Source of the DNA: a virus
Lineage: Duplodnaviria; Caudoviricetes
Length of the DNA: 53,800 nt
Reading direction: 5' to 3' (one strand)
Virus record (IMG/VR): IMGVR_UViG_3300031963_000202
Location: 1-53,800 of that record
Shown: positions 1-8,861 of the stretch, piece by piece
Numbering within the stretch: the first letter of the stretch is position 1
Layout: each line of letters opens with the position of its first letter
Program-made: the position numbers and the translations under genes
The notes under the pieces: model-generated
Database searches by the model: none
Told to the model about the DNA's origin: nothing
Seen by the model: only the letters and a program-made list of their open reading frames with translations

Positions 1-377
1 TAACAACTGCTCCTGGCGGTGTTACATCTGCACAGTTCACAGGTCTACCAAAGCGTGTACGTCCAACAGTTCGCTGGAAGAATGACAAGAACGTCATCAT
101 TCGTGAAGACCGCCCTCCATTTGATATCCAGTTCTCAGGTACAAACACTGTCACCTACCTAGGTGCTTCAGGTGCTACATCTGGTTTCTGGCAGACTCTT
201 GTAGCTCCAGAAGGTGCTTCTTACTTCGATGTTACATGGGAGTTCCTATACATGGATGCAGGCGACGTAGTTGACGTTGACCTCGCAGGTTGCCAGTACT
301 ACGCATTCCAGTCATTTGGTGGAAACGGCGCAGATGGTTACGCTATGATTCGCTGGTTCGACAAGGCAGTACTCTAG
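1..377 (+). CDS. Tail fibre / glycine-rich virion protein, C-terminal fragment (runs off the left edge)
   Basis: Frame 3 is open from the edge to TAG at 375-377 and ends GGNGADGYAMIRWFDKAVL, resembling the GGxGGSGxVIIRY ending of Gly-rich phage fibre proteins. Not in the ORF track. Confidence 0.65.
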   Translation, partial: TTAPGGVTSAQFTGLPKRVRPTVRWKNDKNVIIREDRPPFDIQFSGTNTVTYLGASGATSGFWQTLVAPEGASYFDVTWEFLYMDAGDVVDVDLAGCQYYAFQSFGGNGADGYAMIRWFDKAVL

Positions 378-387
378 GAGGAAATGA

Positions 388-660
388 ATGGCTAAATACG
401 CACTAGTAGATAACAACCTAATCACTCAGGTTCAGGTTGCAGAGAGCGAAGATGCTCTCGGTCCTCTGGCACTGCTTTTCGAAGTAGTTCAGATTGACGG
501 TCTTAACCCAGAACCAGCACGTGACTGGGAGCGAGTAAACGGTACATGGTGCCCTCCTGGGGTCCCAGAAGCCGCTAAAGCTCTTTGGAACGGTACTGGC
601 TTTGAAGGAGCTGCAGAAATTGAAGCTCCTGAAGAAGAGGAAGAAGAGGAAGATAAGTAA
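388..660 (+). CDS. Putative tail fibre assembly/chaperone protein
   Basis: AGGAGG RBS; N-terminus MAKYALVDNNLITQVQV is typical of small genes following fibre genes; acidic tail. Confidence 0.55.
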   Translation: MAKYALVDNNLITQVQVAESEDALGPLALLFEVVQIDGLNPEPARDWERVNGTWCPPGVPEAAKALWNGTGFEGAAEIEAPEEEEEEEDK

Positions 661-1043
661 TGGCTATCTCCTCACAACCAACGGTACTGGCACAGTCTAA
701 CGACGCTTACATTAACGTAGGTGTTACAGGACGTCTTCAGACCTTTTCAGCAGCAACTGGAACACTTACCATCAACCCAACTAGCGGTTCGTTTATCCGA
801 ATCACTAACTTGGTTGGTGCAGTAACAGTAAACTGGACAGGCGTTCCAGCTGGTTACGGAACTCGCTGGCAGGTAGAAGTAAGAAACCGTGGCGCTAACG
901 CAGTTGCGTTCAATGGTGTTACATGGGACGGCGGCTCAACCCCTACCATCGCATCAGGCACTGCAGCCTCTGTTCTAAACTTCTATTCACCAGACGGCGG
1001 AGTTACTATCTTCGGACGTCTAGAGTTTGCAACCGTAGCTTAA
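660..1043 (+). CDS. Virion beta-sandwich protein (tail fibre-associated)
   Basis: TAATG coupling; WDGGSTPT...LNFYSPDGGVTIFG resembles a common phage fibre C-terminal domain. Confidence 0.5.
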   Translation: MAISSQPTVLAQSNDAYINVGVTGRLQTFSAATGTLTINPTSGSFIRITNLVGAVTVNWTGVPAGYGTRWQVEVRNRGANAVAFNGVTWDGGSTPTIASGTAASVLNFYSPDGGVTIFGRLEFATVA

Positions 1044-1050
1044 TATAGAT

Positions 1051-1099
1051 TAGAAATAGCTCCCCGCCGTCCTCAGGGACTGGCGGGGCTTTTCTATTT
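1051..1099 (+). terminator. Intrinsic terminator
   Basis: CCCCGCC...GGCGGGG stem followed by CTTTTCTATTT. Confidence 0.75.
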
Positions 1100-1104
1100 A
1101 AGGA

Positions 1105-1119
1105 TACAATTAGATTATG
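1105..1119 (+). promoter_or_regulatory. Leaderless promoter (-10 TACAAT, 6 nt, ATG)
   Basis: TACAAT at 1105-1110, spacer TAGATT, ATG at 1117; directly after a terminator. Confidence 0.6.
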
Positions 1120-2175
1120 AAAATAGCCGTATACACCATCGCATTAAATGAAGCACAGTTTGTAGAACGCTGGTATGAGTCTGCAAAAGAAGCAGACTAC
1201 CTAATGATTGCCGACACTGGCTCAGCAGACGGTACCGTGGAGAAAGCCCGAGAACTAGGTATCACTGTCCACACAATAAGCGTACGTCCATGGCGATTTG
1301 ATGATGCTCGTAACGCGGCCCTTGCCCTACTTCCAGATGATATTGATTACTGCATCTCTCTAGATATGGATGAGGTATTAGAACCTGGTTGGCGCAATGA
1401 GATGGAAAAGATACCCGTAGGTTCTACACGTATACGCTACAACTACACCTGGAACTTTAATCCTGATGGAACTCCTGGTCTTACATTTGCTGGAGATAAG
1501 ATTCACGCACGCCACGGATACCGATGGCAACACCCTGTGCATGAGTGTTTATATACAGACCGTTTAGTTGAGAAAGAATACTGGAGCCAACTAGGTCTAT
1601 GGCATAAAGCAGATGACTCTAAGTCTCGTGGGCAATACCTCCCACTACTTAAACTATCTGTAGAAGAGGACCCACACAACGACCGCAACGCCTACTACTA
1701 CGCACGTGAGTTGTTCTTCCATGGTCAGATAGAAGAAGCTTTGGTTCAATTTAAACGACACCTATCTTTACCTAAAGCTGTATGGAAAGCAGAGCGAGCG
1801 TCCTCCATGCGTTATATAGCTAAGTGCTCTACAGATGAAGCAGAGAAACTTAAGTGGTGGAAGCTTGCTGTTCAAGAGGAGCCTGCTAAAAGAGAAGCTT
1901 ACGTAGAGCTGGCACAGTATCACTACGACAGTGGCCGTATTGAAGAGTGTTATATGTGGGCTAAGAAGGCAGTTAATATTAAAAACAAAAGCATGGACTA
2001 TTTAAATGAGGCATTTGCCTGGGGAGCAACTCCCTATGACCTAGCTGCTGTATGTGCATTCTGGCTAGGGGAAAGAGACAAAGCCCTTGAATACGGAACC
2101 ATTGCAGCAGAGTTAAGCCCTACAGATGAGCGCATAATCGGTAACCTTGAACTCTACAAGAAGGCGGTAGAATGA
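1117..2175 (+). CDS. GT2-family glycosyltransferase with C-terminal TPR-like repeats
   Basis: IALNEA, DTGSADGT, FDDARNAAL, LDMDE (DxD) and W..PVHE motifs; helical repeats in the C-terminal half. Confidence 0.9.
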   Translation: MKIAVYTIALNEAQFVERWYESAKEADYLMIADTGSADGTVEKARELGITVHTISVRPWRFDDARNAALALLPDDIDYCISLDMDEVLEPGWRNEMEKIPVGSTRIRYNYTWNFNPDGTPGLTFAGDKIHARHGYRWQHPVHECLYTDRLVEKEYWSQLGLWHKADDSKSRGQYLPLLKLSVEEDPHNDRNAYYYARELFFHGQIEEALVQFKRHLSLPKAVWKAERASSMRYIAKCSTDEAEKLKWWKLAVQEEPAKREAYVELAQYHYDSGRIEECYMWAKKAVNIKNKSMDYLNEAFAWGATPYDLAAVCAFWLGERDKALEYGTIAAELSPTDERIIGNLELYKKAVE

Positions 2176-2702
2176 GAGCTCACGCACCAGGTGGTCGCTT
2201 TGACGCAGACTTTGAAACCAATAAAGTATTAGAGGGCGTAGACGCAGACCTTAAAAGGCCTGTAGGAACAAAAGCCCAGTGGTTTATCTGGGACCCAATT
2301 GCTACTGTACTTGACCCTATCTATGATGTAGGACAAGACCTATCTACTGCAACTGGTGGTCGTATGTGGCGAGGCCCATTTGAATTGCCTGTAGTAAGAG
2401 CTGTCATTAAGCAGGGCGGTGTAAAGAATAGTCAACGTGGTTACTACGGAGCTGACTCTCTACACCTAACCCTTAACGCTGAAGACGTAGAGAAAATAGC
2501 CCCAGGAGTTATTGGTAACCCAGACCTTCAAGCACGTGGCCGTATTCTTTGGAAGGGCCAGGTTTATCGCCCTTATTACATCCAACAGGCTGGCATTGTT
2601 GCTGAAAGATTCACACTCTTGGTTGTAGAATGTATGCAGGTAATGGCCGATGAAATGGTCAACGACCCACAGTTCCTGGAACTTGCTGGGTATATTAAGT
2701 AG
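2172..2702 (+). CDS. Putative head closure / head-tail joining protein
   Basis: Position ahead of neck/tail genes; RILWKGQVYR beta-barrel-like ending. Inference. Confidence 0.45.
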   Translation: MRAHAPGGRFDADFETNKVLEGVDADLKRPVGTKAQWFIWDPIATVLDPIYDVGQDLSTATGGRMWRGPFELPVVRAVIKQGGVKNSQRGYYGADSLHLTLNAEDVEKIAPGVIGNPDLQARGRILWKGQVYRPYYIQQAGIVAERFTLLVVECMQVMADEMVNDPQFLELAGYIK

Positions 2703-2710
2703 AGGACAAC

Positions 2711-3934
2711 ATGCCACACTCAGGTGACTTACACTCCGCTCCAGTAGAATCCGTTATTAACGCAGAGACGTTTACATCTAAAGACAGACTTAAGGTATCT
2801 AACATTGAGACTACCTTTTATAGCAGCTTTCAATTTGGAAAAGACGTTTTGTGGGACGAGTCCGTATCTAACGGCGGCTCTGCCGTGTGGGATTCCAATG
2901 CAGCAGTTGTAGACCTTACAGCAGAAAGTACTTTAAACTCGCAGGTTCTGTACCAGTCTAAAAACGTTATGCGTTATATCCCTGGTAGAGCCTCTTCTGT
3001 AGCTGGCGCTTATCGCCTTTCTGCAATTAAAGCTGGCATGCGTTACCGCTGGGGCTTGTTTGACGAAAACAACGGCGCCTATTTTGAAGTAGATGGCAAC
3101 GAGATGTACTGTGTAGTAAGAACTAAGACTACTGGAACTATCGTTGAGAACCGTGTCCCAAGAAGTTTATGGAATGGCGATAAGCTAAACGGTGAAGGCC
3201 GTAGCGGTCTTAACATCGACCTTACAAAACAACAGCTTCTAACTATTGATTATGAGTGGTACGGCGCTGGTGAAATTAAGTATTACTTTGTTATTGATGG
3301 TAGACGACGCTTAGTTCATACAACTAGCCACGCTAACCATATCTCTACTGTCTGGTCGGCTACCCCGTTCCTTCCAATTAGAATGGAAGTCAAGAACACC
3401 ACTGGCGTAACTGGTGGAGGAAAGCTACACGTAGGCTCTATCTCATACGCTGTAGAAGGTAACTCTGCTTATCAGGGTGCGGTTAACAATATGACTACGC
3501 CTATCGCTGGTGTCGATACTACGACGGCTAACGTCTTCTATCCTATTATCAGTGGACGGTTGAAATCAACCGCTCTTCAAGCTGTGGTTGTTCCCCTATC
3601 CTTCCAGATAGCTACCCTTGATAACGTCTCTTTGCACTATAAGGTTTTTATAAACGCAACCCTCACAGGCGGGACATGGGTAGATACCTTAAACCCAGAA
3701 CCTATTACTCAGTACAACTACTCAGCCACTGCCTTAAGTGGTGGGGTAGAAATCTACGGTGGGTTCCAAGTTGCTGGAAGCGGAGCTCCTCAGGTTGTGT
3801 TTGACCCTGGAGTAAATGCCCAGCTAGGACGAACATCCCTGGGAACCGTATCGGACACATTTACTATTGCTGCAGCAACAACTACTGGTAATAAAAAGGT
3901 AGTCTGTTCAGTTAACTGGTTAGAACAAAGATAA
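2711..3934 (+). CDS. Conserved phage beta-rich hypothetical protein (probably virion-associated)
   Basis: 407-aa ORF with GAGG RBS; WNGDKLNG.G.SG..IDLTK.Q...IDYEWYGAG pattern recalled from other phage proteins. Confidence 0.55.
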   Translation: MPHSGDLHSAPVESVINAETFTSKDRLKVSNIETTFYSSFQFGKDVLWDESVSNGGSAVWDSNAAVVDLTAESTLNSQVLYQSKNVMRYIPGRASSVAGAYRLSAIKAGMRYRWGLFDENNGAYFEVDGNEMYCVVRTKTTGTIVENRVPRSLWNGDKLNGEGRSGLNIDLTKQQLLTIDYEWYGAGEIKYYFVIDGRRRLVHTTSHANHISTVWSATPFLPIRMEVKNTTGVTGGGKLHVGSISYAVEGNSAYQGAVNNMTTPIAGVDTTTANVFYPIISGRLKSTALQAVVVPLSFQIATLDNVSLHYKVFINATLTGGTWVDTLNPEPITQYNYSATALSGGVEIYGGFQVAGSGAPQVVFDPGVNAQLGRTSLGTVSDTFTIAAATTTGNKKVVCSVNWLEQR

Positions 3935-3947
3935 AACAGGTAGCATA

Positions 3948-4091
3948 ATGGCAAAAGATACTAACCCTTGTTGGGATGGCTACGTTCAAGTAGGCATGAA
4001 GACTAAGGGTGGCAAGAAGGTTCCGAACTGCGTCCCTGCAGGTTCTGGAAAGAGTAAGGTCTCTAAACCTAAAAAGAAAGCGAGTAAATAA
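3948..4091 (+). CDS. 47-aa basic microprotein with CWxGY...KGGKKVPNCVP motif
   Basis: Read directly: MAKDTNPCWDGYVQVGMKTKGGKKVPNCVPAGSGKSKVSKPKKKASK; below the ORF-track cutoff. Confidence 0.8.
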   Translation: MAKDTNPCWDGYVQVGMKTKGGKKVPNCVPAGSGKSKVSKPKKKASK

Positions 4092-4092
4092 T

Positions 4093-4260
4093 ATGTGCGC
4101 TACATGTGGATGCATGGGCAAGAAGAAGAAGGCTGCTAAGAAGGTTGCTAAGAAGGCTGCTCCAAAGGGTATGTCATCTAAGCAGAAGAAGCTTGATGTA
4201 GACAAAGACGGCAAGCTAGAAGGCTCAGACTTTGCCGCCCTACGTAAGAAGAAGAAGTAA
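4093..4260 (+). CDS. 55-aa Lys-rich microprotein, MCATCGC start, EF-hand-like DxDxDG loop
   Basis: ATG 4093 is 1 nt after the previous stop; contains LDVDKDGKLEGSDF. Confidence 0.8.
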   Translation: MCATCGCMGKKKKAAKKVAKKAAPKGMSSKQKKLDVDKDGKLEGSDFAALRKKKK

Positions 4261-4400
4261 TGTGCGCTACCTGTGGCTGCGGTAAGCCAAAGGATAAGCA
4301 CGGCATGAAGACCCTTCAAGCGGCTAACAAGAAGTTTGCTAAGAAGGCTGCCCCAGCAAAGGGCAAGAAGTCATCTATGGTAAGAAAGAAAGGCATGTAA
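4260..4400 (+). CDS. 46-aa Lys-rich microprotein, MCATCGC start
   Basis: TAATG overlaps at both ends; MCATCGCGKPKDKHGMKTLQAANKKFAKKAAPAKGKKSSMVRKKGM. Not in the ORF track. Confidence 0.8.
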   Translation: MCATCGCGKPKDKHGMKTLQAANKKFAKKAAPAKGKKSSMVRKKGM

Positions 4401-4600
4401 TGGCCACCTTTAATTTTGGTAAGTATACAGAAGCCAAGGATAAGAAGAAGGACGCCAAGATGACCAAGGGTATGACCCCTGCTCAGAAGGCTAAGTTTGA
4501 GAAGGCTGACAAGGCTCACGGAGCTAAGAAGAAGCCTAAGACCATGGCTGAAGATAAGAAGATTGACGCCAAGATTATCAAGAAGATTAAAAAGAAGTAA
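4400..4600 (+). CDS. 66-aa Lys-rich microprotein
   Basis: TAATG coupling; AAG-dominated codons; followed by a terminator. Confidence 0.8.
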   Translation: MATFNFGKYTEAKDKKKDAKMTKGMTPAQKAKFEKADKAHGAKKKPKTMAEDKKIDAKIIKKIKKK

Positions 4601-4607
4601 TACGCTT

Positions 4608-4634
4608 AGGGCCCCGAAAGGGGCCCTTTGCTTT
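4608..4634 (+). terminator. Intrinsic terminator
   Basis: AGGGCCCC-GAAA-GGGGCCCT then TTGCTTT. Confidence 0.85.
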
Positions 4635-4707
4635 ATCCTTATAGTGAATCCATGCGGGATTCAAAGCTTCACCCCCTGCGTTGTACCTTGCGAAATCTAG
4701 GATGGAC

Positions 4708-4869
4708 ATGCCTAAAAAAGTATCCTCAGCATCTGACACAGACTTCAGACGCGAGATTAATAAGGCCATTCCTGGTAATGCTGTCACTGCAGCTTTGGGA
4801 GCTTTGACTGTCGCAAATGTACTACTGGGGAGACACGTTGCTAAGCGTAGACAATCTCGTAGAGGCTAA
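4708..4869 (+). CDS. Small hypothetical protein
   Basis: ATG 4708 (or 4702) after AGGA; 53 aa with a hydrophobic helix and basic tail. Confidence 0.5.
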   Translation: MPKKVSSASDTDFRREINKAIPGNAVTAALGALTVANVLLGRHVAKRRQSRRG

Positions 4870-5158
4870 GGCCTCCGAAGGTTCATCAGAAATGACTGCA
4901 GCTCTTCGTGAGCGTGCAGTAGCTGCTGGCTGGCCATCAGATGTAATCCCCCAAATGTCAGTTAATTTTGACGGCTCTAATTTAAACTACAACGTCCCCG
5001 ATAAAGCATGGGACCTAGAATACGGCGAGCCTAATAAGTCCGCCCCAACCTCTGTTATGCGAGGTTTGAATTACCGACTATCTGGTTTTATGGATGAAAT
5101 AATTGACCACGAACTCCTTGACCGTATGGTTATGGAAGACGAGGTGTTCCATGGGTAG
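4838..5158 (+). CDS. Putative neck / tail completion protein
   Basis: TTG 4838 after GGGGAG (track start 4817 is the alternative); LEYG motif as in HK97 gp10-like neck proteins; synteny. Confidence 0.5.
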   Translation: MLSVDNLVEAKASEGSSEMTAALRERAVAAGWPSDVIPQMSVNFDGSNLNYNVPDKAWDLEYGEPNKSAPTSVMRGLNYRLSGFMDEIIDHELLDRMVMEDEVFHG

Positions 5159-5819
5159 CCCATTTATCATTGCGGAAGATGAGGCAATCAAGAACTACCT
5201 GCAGGGTATGGTGGTAGCTGATGAGAAGTCTGCTGCAAATAACGGCCCTACTGAAACTCTTAAGACCCGTCCTGTAAAGGTCTGGTTCGGGTATCCAGAT
5301 GTAGAAGCCCGCGCACAAGAGTTTCCTTTTGTCACAATAGATTTGATTGATGTTGTTCCAGCTAACGACCGACAGGTTCAGGGAAAGCTACACGACGGAG
5401 ACTACCGTGGAACTATCACAGCTGTGCCAGGCCTAGCTTACGAGTATGACTACCCAATTGCTTACGACCTTATTTATCAGCTTACAACATATGCAAGACA
5501 CCCACGACATGACAGAGCTATCCTGTTTCAGATGTGGAATAAGTTTCCATCCAAGTACGGCGTCCTGCCTGTAAGTAATCAGTTAGGAACTGAATACAGC
5601 AAGCGGTCTATGTTCGTGGATGGATATGCAAAGCGAGATACGTTTGAGGATGCGGAAAGTGGAAACCGACGCCTCCTACGTAACGTCTTTACATTAAGGG
5701 TGGTTAGCGAAATGACTCCAGCAACAGCAGCCGCAGCAATACCTGCAGTTACTACTGTCAATCTTAACCTTCCAGTAAACAACCAGACGTCTATCCCTTC
5801 GGTCTACGAAATCTTGTAA
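5151..5819 (+). CDS. Tail terminator / sheath cap protein (Pvc16/DUF4255-like)
   Basis: ATG 5151 after GAGGTG; FPFVTIDLIDV and PIAYDLIYQLTTYAR motifs; immediately upstream of the sheath. Confidence 0.65.
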   Translation: MGSPFIIAEDEAIKNYLQGMVVADEKSAANNGPTETLKTRPVKVWFGYPDVEARAQEFPFVTIDLIDVVPANDRQVQGKLHDGDYRGTITAVPGLAYEYDYPIAYDLIYQLTTYARHPRHDRAILFQMWNKFPSKYGVLPVSNQLGTEYSKRSMFVDGYAKRDTFEDAESGNRRLLRNVFTLRVVSEMTPATAAAAIPAVTTVNLNLPVNNQTSIPSVYEIL

Positions 5820-5861
5820 TAAACGGAACCTACGTAAAATCTATCTAAGGAGATAATCTAA

Positions 5862-7364
5862 ATGGCATTTCAACGCCCTGGGGTATACGTTCAAGAAACG
5901 TTAAACCCTGTACAGCCAATCGCTGGCACCAACTCAGAGTTTATTACAGCTTTTGTTGGTGAAGACGACCGTGGCCCTATTAACACCCCTACACTTGTAA
6001 CATCTTGGAACCAGTACGTAACACTATTTGGTTCTTGGAACTCTTACACTAACAATGATGTACCACTTGCAGTTTATATGTTTTTCTCAAATGGGGGAAG
6101 CCAGCTTTACGTAACACGTGTTGCAGCAAGCCCAGGTCTTTCTACACGCTCACTTAATGACCGAGCTGTTAGCGCTTCAGCAACTCTTCAGGTAGCTGCT
6201 AAGAACCCAGGTCGTTGGGGTAACGATTTAAACATTTCTATCTCTAACTCTATTGAGACTGGCTACTTTGACCTAGTTGTCTATAGCGGCGGTACAACAG
6301 ACTCTAACGTTGTAGAGACATTCACTCAGCTATCAATGACAGCATCTGACGCACGCTACGCACCAACAAATGTTAACGTGGTATCTAACTACGTAACTTT
6401 GACAGACCTAAACTCTTCAAACACTGGAACCACAAGAAACCCAGCTGTTGTTGTTAACCAGCCACTTGCTGGTGGTTCAGTCGGAAACGCAGTTTCAGTT
6501 ACTGAATACTCAGCAGGACTTGCAGCACATGATACTGTCCTTCAGTCTTTGGTTCTTAACTTGCCAGGTCAGACAGCTGTGAACATTGTCAACGCTGCAA
6601 TCAGCTACGCTGAAGGTCGCGATGATGTGTTTGTAGTTGTTGATGGAATTGACAACACTCCAGCAGACCAACTTGTACGTTCTGGTCAATACACACCAAG
6701 CTCTCTAGCTGCTGTTTACTACCCACCTCTTACTATTACAGACCCAACTTTAGCTCCTGGAGCTACCACTGGTAGAACTTTAACTGTGGGTGCGGGAGCT
6801 GCTGTAGCAGGTCTCATCTCTACTACTGATAACTCTCGTGGAGTTTACAAGGCGCCCGCTGGTTTGCAGGCTCGTCTTGCTGGTGTTGTATCAACACGTC
6901 AGCTTACAAATGCAAATCTTGACTCTCTTAACACAGCTGCAGCACCTGTAAACGCTATCCGTTTTATCCCAGGTTCAGGCTATGTGGTAATGGGAGCAAG
7001 AACTCTTAAGGCAGGCTACATTGATAAGTACGTACCAGTACGTCGTTCGCTTATCTACTTACGTAAGTCTCTTACAGACCTTACTCAGTTTGCTATCTTT
7101 GAGCCAAACAACGAAGGATTGTGGCGTCGTCTAGATGCAACAGTGTCTTCATTCCTAACACAGTTCTGGTCACAGGGAGGCCTACGCGGCACTACTCCTA
7201 GCCAGGCATTCTTTGTCAAGGTTGATGCTGAGAACAACCCTCAGTACCTAATCGACCAAGGCCAAGTAAACATTGAAGTTGGCGTTGCCCTACAGCGTCC
7301 AGCCGAATTCGTAATCATCAAAATTGGCCAGTTTGACGGTGGAACCACCGTTACTGTTGCGTAA
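5862..7364 (+). CDS. Contractile tail sheath protein
   Basis: RPGVYVQE start, RGVYKAPAG, GARTL, YVPVRR, FAIFEPN, RPAEFVII. Confidence 0.97.
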   Translation: MAFQRPGVYVQETLNPVQPIAGTNSEFITAFVGEDDRGPINTPTLVTSWNQYVTLFGSWNSYTNNDVPLAVYMFFSNGGSQLYVTRVAASPGLSTRSLNDRAVSASATLQVAAKNPGRWGNDLNISISNSIETGYFDLVVYSGGTTDSNVVETFTQLSMTASDARYAPTNVNVVSNYVTLTDLNSSNTGTTRNPAVVVNQPLAGGSVGNAVSVTEYSAGLAAHDTVLQSLVLNLPGQTAVNIVNAAISYAEGRDDVFVVVDGIDNTPADQLVRSGQYTPSSLAAVYYPPLTITDPTLAPGATTGRTLTVGAGAAVAGLISTTDNSRGVYKAPAGLQARLAGVVSTRQLTNANLDSLNTAAAPVNAIRFIPGSGYVVMGARTLKAGYIDKYVPVRRSLIYLRKSLTDLTQFAIFEPNNEGLWRRLDATVSSFLTQFWSQGGLRGTTPSQAFFVKVDAENNPQYLIDQGQVNIEVGVALQRPAEFVIIKIGQFDGGTTVTVA

Positions 7365-7379
7365 AGGAGAGCCAAATAA

Positions 7380-8045
7380 ATGACAACCCCTTCAAGTATC
7401 ATCAATCGCTTCTCAAAGTTAGCGACTGACCCGCTACGCTCGTTCCGATTTTATGCACAGTTTACACCCGCAGCAGGTGGCGCACCGTTCACTGATAAAA
7501 TCCTAACTGGCTCAAGCACAGAACCAGCAACCTCTGGTGTCTCTACTAGCTGGATTGGCGGTTTCTCACAAATCTCTGGTCTAAGCATTAACACACAGTC
7601 AATCCAGTACCGTGAAGGTGGCTACAACACCACTGTTCACCAGGTACCAGGTATGACTACTTTCAGCCCAATTACTATGCAGCGTGGTGTCCTTTACGGA
7701 AACGACCAAGCTATTACTTGGATGCGTGGACTGTTTGCTACATCTTCAGGTGAAGGTATTGCAATGCGTCAGGCTGGAGTGGACAAGAACTTCCGCGTAG
7801 ACATCACTGTCTATGTTATGGACCACCCAAACACTGCTACAAACGCAGCAACCACAACTGTAAATGACAACACACCACGTATGGGATTCAAGATTCATAA
7901 CGCTTGGATTACTACGCTAAACTATACAGACCTAAATGCTGCTGACGGAGCGATTCTTTATGAGTCAATGTCACTAGTTCACGAAGGTCTATCAGTATTC
8001 TTTACTGGTGATGATTACAAGCGTAAGGATACTGGAAAGCTTTAA
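7380..8045 (+). CDS. Tail tube protein (T4 gp19 / Afp1-like)
   Basis: DPLRSFRF, GFSQISGL, YREGG, PG..TFSPITMQRG, ESMSLVHEG. Confidence 0.93.
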   Translation: MTTPSSIINRFSKLATDPLRSFRFYAQFTPAAGGAPFTDKILTGSSTEPATSGVSTSWIGGFSQISGLSINTQSIQYREGGYNTTVHQVPGMTTFSPITMQRGVLYGNDQAITWMRGLFATSSGEGIAMRQAGVDKNFRVDITVYVMDHPNTATNAATTTVNDNTPRMGFKIHNAWITTLNYTDLNAADGAILYESMSLVHEGLSVFFTGDDYKRKDTGKL

Positions 8046-8066
8046 ACCGACTAATAGGAGTATAAA

Positions 8067-8861
8067 ATGTCAGACATTATTACCGATGCACAATTACTAC
8101 AACAGTTCGCTGAAAAGATTTCAGAGGAGCCCGCGCCGAAGATTAAGACGCGGGCGCCTTCTGAGTCAGAGGTAGAACTGCCTGGTGGTTTTGTTGACCT
8201 TAAGGGTGAACTGCACACTTCGGCAGAGGTTAGGGAACTAACAGGAGCAGATGAAGAAGCTGTAGCTAAGTCAGGCTCTTCAGGAAAAGCTCTTAACGTT
8301 CTACTAGCCAGAGGCTTGGTTAAGCTTGGAGACAAGGAAGCCACAGCCGACGACCTAGATATGCTGCTATCGGGAGACCGTGACGCAATCCTTCTAGGTA
8401 TTAGAAGAGTTACATTTGGACAGACATCTAACCTAATGGTTAAGTGTTTCTCTTGCCAAGACGAGCATGAGACAACAATTGACTTAACAGAAGATGTCCC
8501 TGTTGTTAGATTGAAAGACCCAGTGGGAGACCGCGTATGGGTTATGGATACTAAGCAAGGTCCAGTAACTGTGGCTCTTCCAAACGGAATAACACAAAAA
8601 AGGCTGATGGAAAACTACGACAAGACATCAGCTGAGATTAATACACTCTTACTATCTGGATGTATTGTTTCAATAAACGGTGAACCATCTGTTGGAGCTG
8701 GTACTGCACTATCCCTTGGTATGGCAGACCGCACCCGCGTAATCGACGAGATTATCAAACGCAACCCAGGCCCTCGCCTTGGGGAGGTGAAGAAAGCTTG
8801 CAAGGCATGCGGTGAAGATATTTCTCTACCGCTTAGCTTGCTAGATTTGTTTCGTATATAG
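8067..8861 (+). CDS. Tail assembly chaperone / baseplate hub assembly protein (T4 gp26-like)
   Basis: VRELTGADEE, GDRDAILLGIRRVTFG, two CxxC pairs; between tube and tape measure. Confidence 0.75.
   Translation: MSDIITDAQLLQQFAEKISEEPAPKIKTRAPSESEVELPGGFVDLKGELHTSAEVRELTGADEEAVAKSGSSGKALNVLLARGLVKLGDKEATADDLDMLLSGDRDAILLGIRRVTFGQTSNLMVKCFSCQDEHETTIDLTEDVPVVRLKDPVGDRVWVMDTKQGPVTVALPNGITQKRLMENYDKTSAEINTLLLSGCIVSINGEPSVGAGTALSLGMADRTRVIDEIIKRNPGPRLGEVKKACKACGEDISLPLSLLDLFRI

Noticed and set aside
4009-4092. Upstream extension of the 83-aa track ORF
   Set aside because: Overlaps the better-supported 47-aa ORF in another frame; the real start is likely 4093.
4652-5158. TGA read-through joining an ATG at 4652 to the 4817 ORF
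   Set aside because: Same frame, but the upstream peptide looks non-coding, overlaps a plausible ORF, and no recoding signal or suppressor tRNA is seen.
8126-8159. GC hairpin early in the chaperone gene
   Set aside because: 7-bp core, 13-nt loop and poor U tract; may attenuate after the tube gene but support is weak.
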